Origin: Chitinophagaceae bacterium
GTDB taxonomy: Bacteria > Bacteroidota > Bacteroidia > Chitinophagales > Chitinophagaceae
Direction: 5' to 3'
Assembly: GCA_031430075.1 (NCBI GenBank)
Contig: JANPAT010000149.1
Location: 1-33,463, forward strand
DNA length: 33,463 bases
The first letter of the stretch is position 1; the number at the start of each line of letters is the position of its first letter. Made by a program: the position numbers and the translations under genes. The notes under the pieces are model-generated. The model was not told the origin of the DNA. It searched no databases and saw only the letters and a list, made by a program, of their open reading frames with translations. Shown piece by piece: positions 32,406 through 33,463 of this stretch.

Positions 32406-33463
32406 TTGAAAAAAACTTCTTTTAATTTTACTTCAACTTTACTTTCTTGGCATAAAAAAGATAATAAAAGAATTATGCCTTGGAAAGGAGAAAAAGATCC
32501 TTACAAAATTTGGTTGAGTGAAATTATTTTACAACAAACCAGAGTGGAGCAAGGTTTAGCATACTACAATAAATTTATTCAACATTATCCTAACATTAAA
32601 AAACTTGCTGCTGCGAAGGACGAAGAAGTGTTTAAACTTTGGGAGGGTTTAGGATATTATAGTAGATGTAAAAATTTATTATTTACTGCTCGAGAAATTG
32701 TAAAGCAATATGATGGAGTTTTTCCAGAGGATTATAATGATATATTAAAGTTAAAAGGAATTGGAAAATATACTGCTGCAGCAATAACTTCTTTTGCATA
32801 TAATCAATCCTATGCAGTGGTTGATGGAAATGTTTTTAGAGTTTTATCGAGAGTGTATGGTATTGAATTGCCCATTGATAGCCTTAGTGGAAAAAAACAT
32901 TTTGAACATCTTGCCCAAGAGTTATTAGATAAAAATGAACCAGCAGTATACAATCAAGGCATCATGGATTTTGGTGCAACAATTTGCAAACCAAAATTAC
33001 CAGAGTGTCCTTCATGTGTGTTTAAAAATGATTGTAAAGCTTACAAACAAAATCTTGTTTCTGTTCTTCCAGTAAAAGAGAAAAAATTAATTCAACAAAC
33101 AAGGTGGTTTTATTATGTTGTGTTTAATTATAAAAATAAAGTTTTAATAAAGAAAAGAACGGCAAAAGATATTTGGCAAAATCTGCATGAGTTTTATTTG
33201 ATGGAATCAAAAGAAAATGAAAAATACGATTCAGAAAAAATAAAAACAAAACTGAATTCTTTGCTTATTGATTCTAAGTTTGAGGTTGTTTCTATTTCGA
33301 AAGAACAACAGCAAAAGCTCACACATAGAATTATTAAAGGATGTTTTATAAAAATTAATCTCACTAAAAAAATAGAAATAGAAAATTATTTTTGGGTTGA
33401 TAAAGTTGATATTCAACAATATTCTTTTCCAAAATTTATTAATACATTTTTAAAAACTAAAAA
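32406..33463 (+). CDS. mutY: A/G-specific adenine DNA glycosylase (3' end runs off the window; TTG start)
   Basis: Hand translation gives LLSWHKKDNKRIMPWKGEKDPYKIWLSEIILQQTRV, then the HhH element LKGIGKYTAAAI and the catalytic VDGNVFRV. The Fe-S loop is CKPKLPECPSCVFKNDC (C-x6-C-x2-C-x5-C), followed by a NUDIX-like C-terminal domain. The frame is open to 33463. The only start upstream of the conserved N-terminus is TTG at 32406. Confidence 0.85.
   Translation, partial: MKKTSFNFTSTLLSWHKKDNKRIMPWKGEKDPYKIWLSEIILQQTRVEQGLAYYNKFIQHYPNIKKLAAAKDEEVFKLWEGLGYYSRCKNLLFTAREIVKQYDGVFPEDYNDILKLKGIGKYTAAAITSFAYNQSYAVVDGNVFRVLSRVYGIELPIDSLSGKKHFEHLAQELLDKNEPAVYNQGIMDFGATICKPKLPECPSCVFKNDCKAYKQNLVSVLPVKEKKLIQQTRWFYYVVFNYKNKVLIKKRTAKDIWQNLHEFYLMESKENEKYDSEKIKTKLNSLLIDSKFEVVSISKEQQQKLTHRIIKGCFIKINLTKKIEIENYFWVDKVDIQQYSFPKFINTFLKTK

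Noticed and set aside
33231-33419. 62-aa minus-strand ORF at the window end
   Set aside because: It is antisense to the NUDIX-like C-terminal domain of mutY, and its translation is F/N/K low-complexity.

Overview
This is an AT-rich (about one-third G+C by eye), densely packed chromosomal segment that looks like Bacteroidota. The hallmarks are Cys-lipobox lipoproteins, a CarboxypepD_reg plus plug outer-membrane barrel, TAnnTTTG-type -7 promoter boxes, and a PIG-L/sodium:solute-symporter cluster. I support 36 protein-coding genes, almost all housekeeping:
- RNA modification: two pseudouridine synthases.
- Central and cofactor metabolism: gpsA, aroK, folB, pyrF, pdxA, and a glutaryl-CoA-dehydrogenase-like ACAD.
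- DNA repair and maintenance: mutY (running off the 3' end) and a PIF1-like helicase.
- Proteolysis and redox: an M16 peptidase pair, a glutathione peroxidase and a flavodoxin-fold protein.
- Signalling: an OmpR/HK two-component pair.
- Transport: an SSF symporter and an orphan ABC substrate-binding protein.

I found no rRNA, tRNA, CRISPR array, transposase, integrase, prophage block or recognisable defence island. I do not see a convincing novel multi-gene system, so this reads as an ordinary core-genome region.

The observations most worth a second look are:
1. A GC-rich palindromic repeat family present twice (44-112 and 7343-7472). The copies are in opposite orientation and differ by a compensatory base-pair change. 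One copy carries a 62-nt nested insertion containing a perfect 15-bp hairpin.
2. Two tiny membrane ORFs (48 and 39 aa) missed by the ORF track, translationally coupled between an exported PIG-L deacetylase and an SSF symporter.
3. A flavodoxin/WrbA-fold protein with a Sec-type signal peptide.
4. A folB-TPR-ACBP-membrane Fe-S oxidoreductase operon that lacks the usual CCG-domain partner.
5. mutY, which evidently starts at TTG.

All family calls come from motif recognition by eye. No database search was run.
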